From: an uncultured Actinomycetes bacterium
GTDB lineage: Bacteria; Actinomycetota; Thermoleophilia; UBA2241
Direction: 5' to 3'
DNA length: 64,000 bases
Assembly (NCBI GenBank): GCA_963833555.1
Contig: CAWHYB010000002.1
Coordinates: 209,666-273,665, forward strand
In this document: one piece after another, positions 40,032 through 49,242 of the stretch
Layout of the letters: the number at the start of each line of letters is the position of its first letter
Numbering within the stretch: position 1 is the first letter of the stretch
Translations under genes and position numbers: made by a program
The notes under the pieces: model-generated
Seen by the model: only the letters and a program-made list of their open reading frames with translations
The model's database searches: none
Told to the model about the DNA's origin: nothing

Positions 40032-40951
40032 GCCGGCACCGTCTCTTCGGCTCTGCCCAGGGCGATCGCCACGGCGCCGGCGCCGATGATGAGCGCGCCG
40101 CCGAGCCAGGTCGACTGCGCTGGGTGCTCGCCGACCAGCAGCAGCGCCCACAGTGGCGCGGTCACCGGCTCGAGGTAGCCCAGCATGCCGGCGTGTTCGA
40201 TGCGCACGAAGCGGATGCCGTCGGTGAACAGACTGAAGCAGAGCGCCGTGTAGACGAGGCCCATCACCAGCACGATGCCGGCGTCGGGCCAGGTCGGCCG
40301 GTAGTCGCCCTGGACGGTCTGCCAGACCGCCAGCGGCGTCAGCAGGACCGTCGTGGCGGCGCAGTGGAACAGGGTGAAGGTCGTGCCGCTGATGTCGCGT
40401 CCGACGCTCTTGGTGAGCAGCAGCGCCGTCGCGTACAGCGCGCCGGCCACGACGCCGCAGGCGATGCCGGGGCCGAGGTGCTCGCCCCGCGCGGTCAGCC
40501 CAGGCACGATGATGAGCGCCATGCCGACGGCCGCGACGGCCACGGCGACCATGTCGATGCCCTGGCGGCGGGTGTGCAACACCCACGGAGCGACGAGGGC
40601 GATGTAGACCGGCGCCATGTACTCGAGGGCGATGCCGACGGCGACGTTGGCCAGCCGGATCGAGGCGAAGTAGAAGAGCAGCTCGAAGGCCACGACCACG
40701 CCGATGAGCACGAGCCGGCCGAAGCGGCCCGAGCGGCGTACCTCGTCGATGCCGCCGGTGAGCAGGAAGAGCACGCCCAGGACGACCCCTGCCAGAGCCA
40801 TGCGGCAGACCAGCAGCAGGCTGGCCGGCATGCTCGAAAGCTGCAGCAGCGCGCCCGAGGTGCCCAGGATCAGCGAGGCGACGCCGATCTCGGTGTAGCC
40901 GCGCAGGCGGCCCGAACCGAGCCTGAGCGCCGTCGCCTCGCTTGCCGACAC
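40028..40951 (-). CDS. EamA/DMT family transporter, paralog a (intact)
   Basis: 308 aa from the GTG at 40951, with GAGGGG 7 nt upstream. Ten hydrophobic segments. FYFASIRLANVAVGIALEYMAPVYIALVAP and RIEHAGMLGYLEPVTAPLWALLLVGE. Confidence 0.75.
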   Translation of the reverse strand: MSASEATALRLGSGRLRGYTEIGVASLILGTSGALLQLSSMPASLLLVCRMALAGVVLGVLFLLTGGIDEVRRSGRFGRLVLIGVVVAFELLFYFASIRLANVAVGIALEYMAPVYIALVAPWVLHTRRQGIDMVAVAVAAVGMALIIVPGLTARGEHLGPGIACGVVAGALYATALLLTKSVGRDISGTTFTLFHCAATTVLLTPLAVWQTVQGDYRPTWPDAGIVLVMGLVYTALCFSLFTDGIRFVRIEHAGMLGYLEPVTAPLWALLLVGEHPAQSTWLGGALIIGAGAVAIALGRAEETVPA

Positions 40952-40976
40952 CTCGGATCCCCTCTGCCTGCGGCCG

Positions 40977-42800
40977 TCAGGCGAAGCCGAGTTCGGCCGT
41001 GAACACCTCGTTGAAACCGCGGTCGGTCGCCAGATCGAGGAACGACAGGCGGCCGGCGAGCGCGGCCATGGCCCGGCGCTCATCGACGTCGATGAGCGCC
41101 ATCTGGGCGCCGACGCCGGCCGCGTTGCCGACGAAGGCCACGAGCTCAGGGACGACCGGCGGCAGCAACCCGATCGCCAAAGCGTGGCCGGTGTCGAGCT
41201 CGTTGCCGAAGGCGCCGGCCACGAAGACCTGGGCCAGGTCGGCCGGCTCGAGACCGGCGGCGGCCAGCAAGAGCTTCCAGCCGCTGGCGACCGCCGCCTT
41301 GGCGAGCTGCAGCGCCCGCACGTCGTGCTGGGTGAAGACGATGTCGCCCTGCGGGCCTTCGGTGAGCAGGTACTCGAGTCCGTTGCCGTTGGCCGACGCG
41401 CTCTGACGGACCCGCGGATGCGACCGCAGGCGGCCGCCGGCGTCGACGACGCCGGCGGCCACAAGGCCCGCCAGCAGGTCGACCACGCCCGAACCGCAGA
41501 TGCCCAGGGGCTCGCGCCCGCCGATGGTCTTTATGCCGTCAGGTTCGCCGTCGGCGCCGATGGTGACGCGCTCGATCGCGCCCTCGACGGCCTTCATGCC
41601 ATGGGTGATCTGATAGCCCTCGAAGGCGGGACCCGACGCGCAGCTCGTCACCACGACGCGGCCCTCGTGAGCCAGGGCGATCTCGGTGTTGGTGCCGATG
41701 TCGATGGCCATGACGGGTGCGCTCGCCTGGCTCAGCCGGGTGGCGACGATCACGGCCAGACAGTCGGAGCCGACGAAGCCCGCGATCGGAGGCGGCACGT
41801 GCACGCCGCCTTCGGGGTTCGTCTCGAGGCCGAGATCGGCGGCGCGCAACGTCACCGGCGCCGCCAGCGCCGGTGCGAACGGCGCGCCGCCGAGCCCCAC
41901 GGGCGAGAGGCCGAGCGCCAGATGGTGCATCGCGGTGTTGCCCACGATCGTCATGTCGTAGATGTGGCGGGCCGTGACCTCCTGGCGAGCGCAGAGCCGC
42001 TCAAGCAGCTCGTTGATGCCGCCTCGCGCCGCTTCGCGCAGGTCCTCGAGCCGGTCGTGGTAGATCGCCTGGGTCAGACGGGTGATGACGTCCTCGCCGA
42101 AGCGCATCTGCGGGTTCTCGATGGCCTCCTGGTCGATCTGGCGGCCGCTCTGCAGATCGAACAGATAGGCGATGATCTTGGAGGTGCCGATGTCGACCGC
42201 GACGCCGAGCAGCGGGCCGCCGGCCGCATCGTCGTCGGCGCCGCCGTCCGCCATGGCCGGCAAGCCCTCGACGTCGATGATCCGTCCCTGATAGCGGGTG
42301 ACGGCCGCGCGCCAGCCGGCGTCGCGCAGCGTGTCCGGCAGCTGCCGCAGCACGCTCAGCGGCAGGTCGTCGGCGCCGAGCGCTTCGAGCAGTCGCTCGC
42401 GGTCGGCGCGCGCGTCGCCGAGGGTCGGCGGCGCCAGGCTCACGACCTCGCGCGTCACCGCGGGTCGGGGTTCGCCGGGATGCAGGCGCGAGGTCGTCAG
42501 GATCTGGCGCCGCCCCTGCGTGGCGCGTACCTCGATGCTGACGCGCTCGGACAGGGGTACCGTCTGACAGGCGAGCCGCCAGCCTTGAGCCAGGCGGCTC
42601 GCCGGCACCTTCTGCAGCTCGGCCTCGGTCGGCTCGCTGAACTCGCCCGAACCCGTGCGCAGCAGGCACTTGCCGCAGGTGCCGCGTCCGGCGCAGTCGA
42701 CGGGCACGTCGACCGCACCGCTCGTGACGACGGCAAGCAGGGTCTCGCCGGCGGGGATCTCGACCGTGACGCCGATGGGTTCGACGAATACCTTGGTCAT
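40977..42800 (-). CDS. RamA/RACo-type corrinoid reductive activase (N-terminal [2Fe-2S] ferredoxin + ASKHA/DUF4445 ATPase)
   Basis: Uninterrupted 607 aa. Plant-type ferredoxin motif DCAGRGTCGKCLLR...RLACQT. The ASKHA part has LLGVAVDIGTSKIIAYLF, MAIDIGTNTEIAL, SCASGPAFEG and ICGSGVVD. Confidence 0.75.
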   Translation of the reverse strand: MTKVFVEPIGVTVEIPAGETLLAVVTSGAVDVPVDCAGRGTCGKCLLRTGSGEFSEPTEAELQKVPASRLAQGWRLACQTVPLSERVSIEVRATQGRRQILTTSRLHPGEPRPAVTREVVSLAPPTLGDARADRERLLEALGADDLPLSVLRQLPDTLRDAGWRAAVTRYQGRIIDVEGLPAMADGGADDDAAGGPLLGVAVDIGTSKIIAYLFDLQSGRQIDQEAIENPQMRFGEDVITRLTQAIYHDRLEDLREAARGGINELLERLCARQEVTARHIYDMTIVGNTAMHHLALGLSPVGLGGAPFAPALAAPVTLRAADLGLETNPEGGVHVPPPIAGFVGSDCLAVIVATRLSQASAPVMAIDIGTNTEIALAHEGRVVVTSCASGPAFEGYQITHGMKAVEGAIERVTIGADGEPDGIKTIGGREPLGICGSGVVDLLAGLVAAGVVDAGGRLRSHPRVRQSASANGNGLEYLLTEGPQGDIVFTQHDVRALQLAKAAVASGWKLLLAAAGLEPADLAQVFVAGAFGNELDTGHALAIGLLPPVVPELVAFVGNAAGVGAQMALIDVDERRAMAALAGRLSFLDLATDRGFNEVFTAELGFA

Positions 42801-42840
42801 GCCGCCTCTCTGGACGCCCTCGGGACGTCTCTTGAGCGGG

Positions 42841-42877
42841 TGGGGCGGGCGGCGGCTTGCAGCCGCCGCCCGCCCAC
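42841..42877 (-). terminator. GC-rich hairpin between kamA and the activase gene
   Basis: GGGCGGGCGGCGGCT-tgc-AGCCGCCGCCCGCCC. Confidence 0.5.
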
Positions 42878-42930
42878 GCCCGGTCGTGTCGGTCTTCTAC
42901 CGGCCGTGTGGACCGGTCCGCAGTCCGCGC

Positions 42931-44236
42931 CTAGACGTCGGCCGGCCCGTGGATGTCTGCCATCAGGTTCTTGCGATCGCGCACCTTCTGCCAGCGCGCC
43001 GCCCAGACGTCGTCGAGCACGGGTCCGGGGGTGTCGAACAGACCGCTCACGCCGGTGCGGTCCCGCCCGGCCTCGCAGTCCTCGCAGTGGCACTCGAACT
43101 TGTAGTCGTCGGGCTCGACGTACTTGCTGATGACGCCCTCGTAATTGCGCAGGATGACCTGGTGGTCGGCCATCGAGATCATGTACTGCGGGATCACCGG
43201 CGTCTTCCCGCCGCCGCCGATGGCGTCGATGATGTACATCGGCACCGCGAAGCCGGTGGTGTGGCCGCGCAGGCTCTCGTAGATCTCGAGGCCCTTGGAG
43301 ACCGAAGTGCGGAAGTGGCCGGTGCCCATCGGCCAGGTCGCACTGGTAGAAGTAGTAGGGCTTGACGCGGATCTTCACGAGACCGCGCACGAGCTTCATC
43401 ATGACCTTCGCGCAGTCGTTCACGCCGCGCATGAGCACCGTCTGGTTGCCGAGCGAGATGCCGGCGTCGGCGAGCATGGCGCAGGCCCGCGCCGAGTCCT
43501 CGGTGATCTCCTTGGGATGGTTGAAGTGCGTGTTGAGGAACAGCGGGTGGTATTTCTTGAGCATGGCGCAGAGCTCAGGCGTGATGCGCTGTGGGCAGAC
43601 CACCGGCATGCGGGTACCGAGGCGCACGATCTCGACGTGGTCGATCTCGGTGACGCGCTGCAGCAGCCACTCGAGCTTCTCGTCGGACAGGGTCAGCGGG
43701 TCGCCACCGCTGATCAGCACGTCGCGGACCTCGGGATTGCGCTTGATGTAGGTGAAGGCGTTCTCGTAGTCCTCGTCTCTCGCGGCGCCCTCGCTCTCGC
43801 CCACGATGCGGCGGCGGGTGCAGTGGCGGCAGTACATCGAGCACATCTCGGTCGCCAGGAACAGCACGCGGTCGGGATAGCGGTGCGTGATCAGCGTGGT
43901 CGGCGAGTCGATCGTCTCGGCGATCGCGTCTTCCATGTCGGCCTCGCCGACGATGAGCTCCATCGGCGAGGGCACGCCCTGCACGCGCACGGGGCAGGTC
44001 GGGTCGTCGGGGTCCATGAGCGAGGCGTAGTAGGGCGTCACCGCGACGCGGAACTTGCCCATGCAGGCCTCGAGGTCGGCACGCTGGGGGTCGGTCAGGT
44101 TGAGCACCGCGTCGAAGTCGGCGACCGTCGACAGCCGGTTGCGGACCTGCCAGCGCCAGTCGTTCCACTGCTCGTCGGTGACGCCCTTGAAGAGCGGTAT
44201 GTCTTTCCAGTGTCGTTGTGTGGTCTCGACCGTCAT
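42931..44236 (-). pseudogene. kamA: Lysine 2,3-aminomutase (KamA family radical SAM/PLP enzyme); single frameshift near 43330
   Basis: MTVETTQRHWKDIPLF..WNDWRWQVRNR, VAVTPYYASLMDPDDPTCPVR, ATEMCSMYCRHCTRRR (CxxxCxxC), VLISGGDPL, GNQTVLMRGVND and YYFYQCDLA are in frame 42797..44497. [34 protein letters not shown] continues in frame 42931..43329. GAAGGAG precedes the ATG at 44236. Confidence 0.8.
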
Positions 44237-44313
44237 GTCGTCTCCTTCTCGCGCAGCGCCCCCACTCGGACCCGCGGTTCCTTTGGCAGATGGCCCTTCG
44301 GCCGGTGCTTCTA

Positions 44314-44340
44314 GCGGGCGGCGGCTGCGCCGCCGCCCGC
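44314..44340 (-). terminator. GC-rich hairpin (12-bp perfect stem, loop TGC) after the MttB-family gene run
   Basis: GCGGGCGGCGGC-tgc-GCCGCCGCCCGC, located 24 nt downstream of the stop at 44364. Confidence 0.6.
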
Positions 44341-44363
44341 AGGATCCATGCTCGTCTGCAGGA

Positions 44364-45743
44364 TCAAAGCCCTGCAGTCGCGATGATACGCCGAAGTGTC
44401 TCGAGCTTCTCGGGGTCCGGCGGCGGCACGTCGTGGCCGGCGACAAGCTCGCCGGCCAGCGCCGCCGCCCTGTCGCGGGCGCTCTTGCGGCCCTCACGGT
44501 CCCACGCCTCGTAGGCGCCGCGGTCGAAGAGCCGCGGCCGCCAGACGTCCTTCATGTGTCGCCGCGTGTGCCGCTGGCCCAGCGCGTTCCCGCCGATGCC
44601 CACCGCGGCGATCGTGTCGAGCGCGATCGTCTCGTCGTCGACCACGATCCCGGCGCCCACGAAGGCCACGTTCGACCACGTCTCGGCGTCGAGCACGAGC
44701 TGCTCGGGCGAGTAGCGTGTGCCGTGGTCGGTGTGGCCGGCGCCGGCCACGAGCGCGGCGCCGCCCAGTGCGGCGGCGAGCGCGGCGAAGACGCCGGCCT
44801 CGGCGGCGCGCCAGTCGTCGGCGGCGGGACGGTCGGCGGGAAGCCCGTCGACACGGGCAGGCCGGCATGCGCCGCGAGCTGGGCCAGCGCCGCGAAGGCG
44901 CCCGGCCAGGCGGCTCCGCCGCCCCAGCCGGGCGCATGGAGCGCGACGGCCGCGGGCAGCGCCGGGACGAAGTAGGACGAGCCCGGCGCGGCGAGCTGCT
45001 GCAGCGTGCAGGCCGCCAGGGCGGCGGCGTGGAAGGCGACGATCGCGGCGTCGGCGTCGCCCGAGAGGGCGCCACTGTAGGCCACGGGCTGCGTCAGCCA
45101 GCCGCACGCCAGCCCGGCGCGCGCGCAGGCGAGCAGCGGGCCGAGATCGGTCTGGTCGGCGCTGTGCACGACCACTCCGACCGAGGGCGGGCCGTCGTCG
45201 GGCGCGGCGAGCGCCCCGACGACCGCGATCAGCGCCTCGGCCTGCACGGCCGACAGAGCCCCGCAGACGAGGATCGGCTTGTTCGTGGCGGCCACGACCT
45301 CGGCCAGGCCGGCCAGGCGGGCGGTCGGGCAGGCCGACCGCGGCGACCTCGGGCAGCGCGTCGGCCAGCAGGCAGGCGGCGCCGAGGTCGGGGGCGGCGG
45401 CCATGGCGGCCAGCAGGCCGCCCGGGCCGCCGCCGACAAGGACATCGTTGCCCGGTGCGCGGCCGGACAGCACGAACGTGGCGGGCGCCTTCGCGACCGC
45501 GCCGCCCACGAGCTCGGCGGGAAGCCAGGCCCTGCCGGCGGCGCGGTCGACCCGGGCGCCCGCCTCGTCGAGAAGACGCAGCGCCAGTTCGCCGGCGATC
45601 GGCACGCCGTCGCCGGCCAGCACCGTGAGGGCCCGGTCGTGCAACCGCGCCGCATCGTGCTCGGCCAGCGGCCGGTGGCGCAGCCTCGGCCGGTCGGTCA
45701 TCTCGCCGCCAGGCGTGCCCGAAACATGCGTCGTCTCAGCCAC
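44364..45743 (-). pseudogene. MttB-superfamily (trimethylamine methyltransferase-like) protein, paralog 1, divergent; two frameshifts (about 45330 and 44855)
   Basis: The ends are in frame 44364..45743 (C-terminal part VVDDETIALDTIAAVGIGGNALGQRHTRRHMKDVWRPRLFDRGAYEAW). The middle is in frame 44552..45655 (AEVVAATNKPILVCGA...). The GTG start overlaps the stop of paralog 2. Confidence 0.65.
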
Positions 45744-47166
45744 GAGGTCTCCTTCCGGCGGCGGCGGTCACGACTTCGTCGATGGCCCGCCGCGCCTCGT
45801 CGTCCAGATGGAACGCCGGCGGCTCGCGCCGCAGCGCCTCGCTGCGCTCCCGCACCCTTTCCTTGAGGGTGGTGGCGCCCTGCGCCTGCCAGTGCTCGAA
45901 ACCGTCGCGCTCGAACAGGCCCGGCGACCAGAACTCGCGCCCGTGTTCGCGGGTGTGCAGCAAGCCGGCGAAGCTGCCGCCCGGGCCCACCGCGGAGATC
46001 TCGTTGATGGCCAGCGACCTCGAGTCGCTGCCCACCTCATGCATGAGCGCGCGCGCATACGACACGAGCTCGTGGCCGAGCACGATCGTCTCGAACGAGC
46101 TCTGCAGCCCGGTCTCGAGGTAGCCGACGTCGTGCAGCAGCGTCGCCCGCGAAAGCGCACCCAGCACCGCGGAGATGGCGGCCTCGGCGGCCCACTGCTC
46201 GTCGAGGACCTTGGCGTCGGACACTGCGGCGTAGGCGAAGCTCGGCAGGCCGTAGAAGTGGCACAGATCGCAGGCGGCGGCGTTGCCGAGATGAAGCTCG
46301 GGGGCGCCGAAGACCTCGATCGCCGACCCCATGTCCATCGTGCCGCTGCCGACGCCGAGCACGAACGGCGCTCCCGGTGCGATGAGCTGGTGCACGACGA
46401 GCGCGCTCAGGACCTCGGCGTTGCCCAGCAGCACGGTGGCCGCGACCGACGCCGGCGCGGACTCGCCCGACACGCCCGAAGGCGCGTAGACGAGCGGGAT
46501 GCCCTGGCGGGCGCAGGCGACGATCTGGCGCAGCGCCTCGCGGCTGTGACCGAGCGGCGGCGTCGAGAGCACGTAGACGGCGAAGCTGTCGGGCTCTCCG
46601 CAGACCGCCGCCATCTCACGCAGACGCGGCAGCGAGGCGGCGTCGCGGGCGGTCGCGATGAGCGGCTTGCGTGTGCCGGCCAGCATGGCGGCGAACCGGG
46701 CGATGTCGTCTGCCTCGGCGGGCACGTCGGCCGGCCGGCCCATCGACATGACGAAGTCGATGCCGCGCAGCCGCTCGCAGAGCGCGGCCATGCCCTCGAT
46801 GTCGGCCGTCGTCGCGGGACGCCGCTCCCCGGTCTCAGGGTCTCGAACGAAACGGCAGTCGGCGCCGGTGCCGAAAAAGCTGTTGCCGTCGGCGAGCTCG
46901 ATGCCCTCGGGCGCTCCGCTGCCGTTGCCCGTCTCGCCTCGCGACTTGACCACGAAGCGTCGCGGGGCCGACGCGAGGGCCGCTCCGACCAGCGATGAGG
47001 GGATGCGGGCGCGCGTGTCTTCGACACGCGCGCCCGCATCCCCCAGCAGCCTGCGCACCGGCTCCCACGGCATGTCGACGCCGGTCTCTTCGAGCAGCGC
47101 CAGCGTCGCTTCGTGGACCTGCCAGCAGGCCTCGTCGTCCCACACGACCAGGCGGGCGCCCTTCAT
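45736..47166 (-). CDS. MttB-superfamily methyltransferase, paralog 2 (intact, no in-frame UAG)
   Basis: Uninterrupted 476 aa with GNSFFGTGADCRFVRDPETGERRPAT...LLGNAEVLSALVVHQLIAPGAPFVLG...LLHDVGYLETGL...GPGGSFAGLLHTREH. Confidence 0.75.
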   Translation of the reverse strand: MKGARLVVWDDEACWQVHEATLALLEETGVDMPWEPVRRLLGDAGARVEDTRARIPSSLVGAALASAPRRFVVKSRGETGNGSGAPEGIELADGNSFFGTGADCRFVRDPETGERRPATTADIEGMAALCERLRGIDFVMSMGRPADVPAEADDIARFAAMLAGTRKPLIATARDAASLPRLREMAAVCGEPDSFAVYVLSTPPLGHSREALRQIVACARQGIPLVYAPSGVSGESAPASVAATVLLGNAEVLSALVVHQLIAPGAPFVLGVGSGTMDMGSAIEVFGAPELHLGNAAACDLCHFYGLPSFAYAAVSDAKVLDEQWAAEAAISAVLGALSRATLLHDVGYLETGLQSSFETIVLGHELVSYARALMHEVGSDSRSLAINEISAVGPGGSFAGLLHTREHGREFWSPGLFERDGFEHWQAQGATTLKERVRERSEALRREPPAFHLDDEARRAIDEVVTAAAGRRPRG

Positions 47167-47197
47167 CGGCCCCGCCGGCGCTGTCGGCGTTCGGTCG

Positions 47198-48670
47198 TCA
47201 TGCCTTGACGAGCTCCCCGTCGGCCCGGGCGACGATGCCCGCGATCTCGGCGACGACGTCGTCGGGCAGGGGTTCGGGCCTGTAGTTGGCGAGGATGTCG
47301 TCGGCGATCTCGGTGGCCTTCTCGAGCGCGCCCTTCTTGCCGCCGGCGTTCCACACGTCGTAGGGCGTGCGGTCCCAGACCGTCGGGCGCCAGATCTCTT
47401 TCATGTGACGCCGCGTGTGCTTTTCGGCGAGGTAGGTGCCGCCGGGGCCGACCTTCTTGATGAGGTCGAGCGCGAGCGTCTCGTCGTCGACGTCGACGCC
47501 ACCGGCCACCTTCTGCACGATGCCGTAGATCTCGGTCTCCATGACCATGTGCGGGTAGTGGAGGATCTTCGAGCCGTTGAGCAGACCGGCGCCGTTCATC
47601 ATGTCGGCGCAGGTCATCACGCTCGCGAAGGTCGACAGCGAATCGTCGACGGCCGCTTGCCAGTCGGGCTCCTTGGCGCTCGTCGCCATCGTGCCCATCG
47701 CCATCGGCACGCCGTAGAAGTGAGCGAGCTGGGTGGCGCCGGCGGCCAGCAGGTAGTCCTCGGGGCCGGCGGTATAGCCGCCTGTCTTGAGGTCCATGGC
47801 GCTCGGCGCGCCGGCGAAGAACGCCGGGCAGCCGGGATAGGCCAGCTCGAGGAGCACGACACCGCTGAGCGCCTCGGCGTTCTGGACGACCAGGTTGCCG
47901 GCCAGCGTCGCGGGACCGGTACCGGCGGCCAGCGGCATGGGCATGAAGCCCGACGCCAGGCCGTGCTCGGCGGCGACCAGGTTGGCTTCGAGGTTGGGGC
48001 CGTCGTGAGCGAGCGGGTCGACCGCGCACTGCATGAAGCTGATGATCGGGCGGCGGCGCAGCTCGGCGGTGCCACCGACGATCGCGGCGGCCATCTCGAC
48101 GAGCAGCCTGGCGGCGTACTCGCCGACCGTCGTCACCGCCTGATAATGCTTGCCGGTGTTGGTGAGCACCGCCTCGGAGTCGTGCAGCGCCTTGGTCGCC
48201 GGCGGCACGTCCTGCGAGGTGACGACCGGGCCCCAGTAGTAGCTGATATTGGGCAGCGCATCGACGAAGCGCGCAGACGTAGCGGCATCGGCCTTGGTCG
48301 AGGTGCGCTTCTCGCCGGTGTGGTGGTCATAGACGAACACGCCGCTGCCGTCGTTCGACAGGTAGCAGTGCTTGCGGTCGATGATCATGTCGCAGTCCGG
48401 GTCGCGGCCGGCGAGCAGGTACTGGTCGGGGACCTGGGCGACGGCCTCCATGACGATCTTGCGCGGCAGCTTGGCGATGTGGGTCGTGCGGTCGACCGAA
48501 CACCCGTTCTTCTCGAGGATCGTGAGCGCTTTCTCGGAGGGGAAGCGGATGCCGACGTCCTCCATGACCTCGAGGGTCGCCTCGTGGATCCGCTCGAGCT
48601 CGCTGGGGGAGAGGACATCCCAGTGGAGTCGGGGGGCGATGGGGTTGATCCGTGGAGTCATGGGCAGCAA
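47198..48670 (-). CDS. MttB-superfamily methyltransferase, paralog 3 (intact, no in-frame UAG)
   Basis: Uninterrupted 490 aa with YLSNDGSGVFVYDHHTGEKR, NTGKHYQAVTTVG, AGNLVVQNAEALSGVVLLELAYPGCPAFFAGAPSAMDLKTGGY and GPGGTYLAEKHTRRHMKEIWRPTVWDR. Confidence 0.8.
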   Translation of the reverse strand: MLPMTPRINPIAPRLHWDVLSPSELERIHEATLEVMEDVGIRFPSEKALTILEKNGCSVDRTTHIAKLPRKIVMEAVAQVPDQYLLAGRDPDCDMIIDRKHCYLSNDGSGVFVYDHHTGEKRTSTKADAATSARFVDALPNISYYWGPVVTSQDVPPATKALHDSEAVLTNTGKHYQAVTTVGEYAARLLVEMAAAIVGGTAELRRRPIISFMQCAVDPLAHDGPNLEANLVAAEHGLASGFMPMPLAAGTGPATLAGNLVVQNAEALSGVVLLELAYPGCPAFFAGAPSAMDLKTGGYTAGPEDYLLAAGATQLAHFYGVPMAMGTMATSAKEPDWQAAVDDSLSTFASVMTCADMMNGAGLLNGSKILHYPHMVMETEIYGIVQKVAGGVDVDDETLALDLIKKVGPGGTYLAEKHTRRHMKEIWRPTVWDRTPYDVWNAGGKKGALEKATEIADDILANYRPEPLPDDVVAEIAGIVARADGELVKA

Positions 48671-48831
48671 CCTCGCAGGTCAAGGGTGGGGTGGCGGTTG
48701 GTGGGCGAGCATCGACCGCGGGGGACGCGGCGGCAGGTCCGGTTAGAGCCCGGAGGTGCGGCAGATGGCGATGATGGAGGCTGCTGGCACGCCACGAGTC
48801 TACCAAATGCCTGCATCTCGGCCAACCGGGC

Positions 48832-49239
48832 TCACCCGCCGACGTCGAAGACGAACGGCTCGCTGCGGTGCTCTATGCCGCGCACGTCGATGTTGGTCCC
48901 CCGGCTCAGCATCATGCTGACCAGCCTCGCCTGGTGGTCGAGGGGCTCGAGGAACATCGCGATCAGCGTCGTCTTGCCCTCGCACCCGCGGGCGCGAAGC
49001 TCGCGCGCCGCCACGCCGCACTCGACCCACTCCCGGCACCACTCGCCGGGCTTGAGGACAAGCGGGTAGTCCAGGTGAGGGTCGAGGTACAGGCGCGCCC
49101 CGAACATGGTGAGGATGATGCATGTCCAGACACTCAGAGGGCCGTCGGTCCGGTTGACCGCCGTGATCCCCAGGACGTCGACCGTCTCGCCGCCGGACGA
49201 CTCGGTCGACAGCGCGACTCTGACGTCCAGGGCGCCCAC
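48832..49239 (-). CDS. Hypothetical 135-aa protein, no recognisable domain, tightly coupled to MttB paralog 4
   Basis: Uninterrupted ORF. Its GTG start lies 3 nt after the TAG of the upstream MttB gene. The sequence (…VWTCIILTMFGARLYLDPHLDYPLVLKPGEWCREWVECG…) matches no family I recognise. Confidence 0.45.
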   Translation of the reverse strand: MGALDVRVALSTESSGGETVDVLGITAVNRTDGPLSVWTCIILTMFGARLYLDPHLDYPLVLKPGEWCREWVECGVAARELRARGCEGKTTLIAMFLEPLDHQARLVSMMLSRGTNIDVRGIEHRSEPFVFDVGG

Positions 49240-49242
49240 GCC

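Noticed and set aside
44719-46998. Very long plus-strand ORFs opposite the minus-strand genes. Examples are 44719..46998 (759 aa), 46658..49069, 48868..50808, 54790..56820, 41184..43130, 28926..30458, 23144..24883, 17200..18891 and 1534..3669.
   Set aside because: Their translations are Arg/Ala/Gly/Pro-rich low-complexity strings with no motifs. The opposite strand encodes clearly recognisable proteins. These are typical antisense shadow ORFs of very GC-rich DNA.
48671-48831. A cobalamin riboswitch or other leader RNA upstream of the MttB genes. I also checked 50695-50841, 56524-56605 and 54074-54299.
   Set aside because: I could not find the B12-box (GCCACUG-type) or AGGGAA...GGUG core in the correct arrangement on the minus strand. 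Only generic hairpins are present. A covariance-model scan would be needed to exclude it fully.
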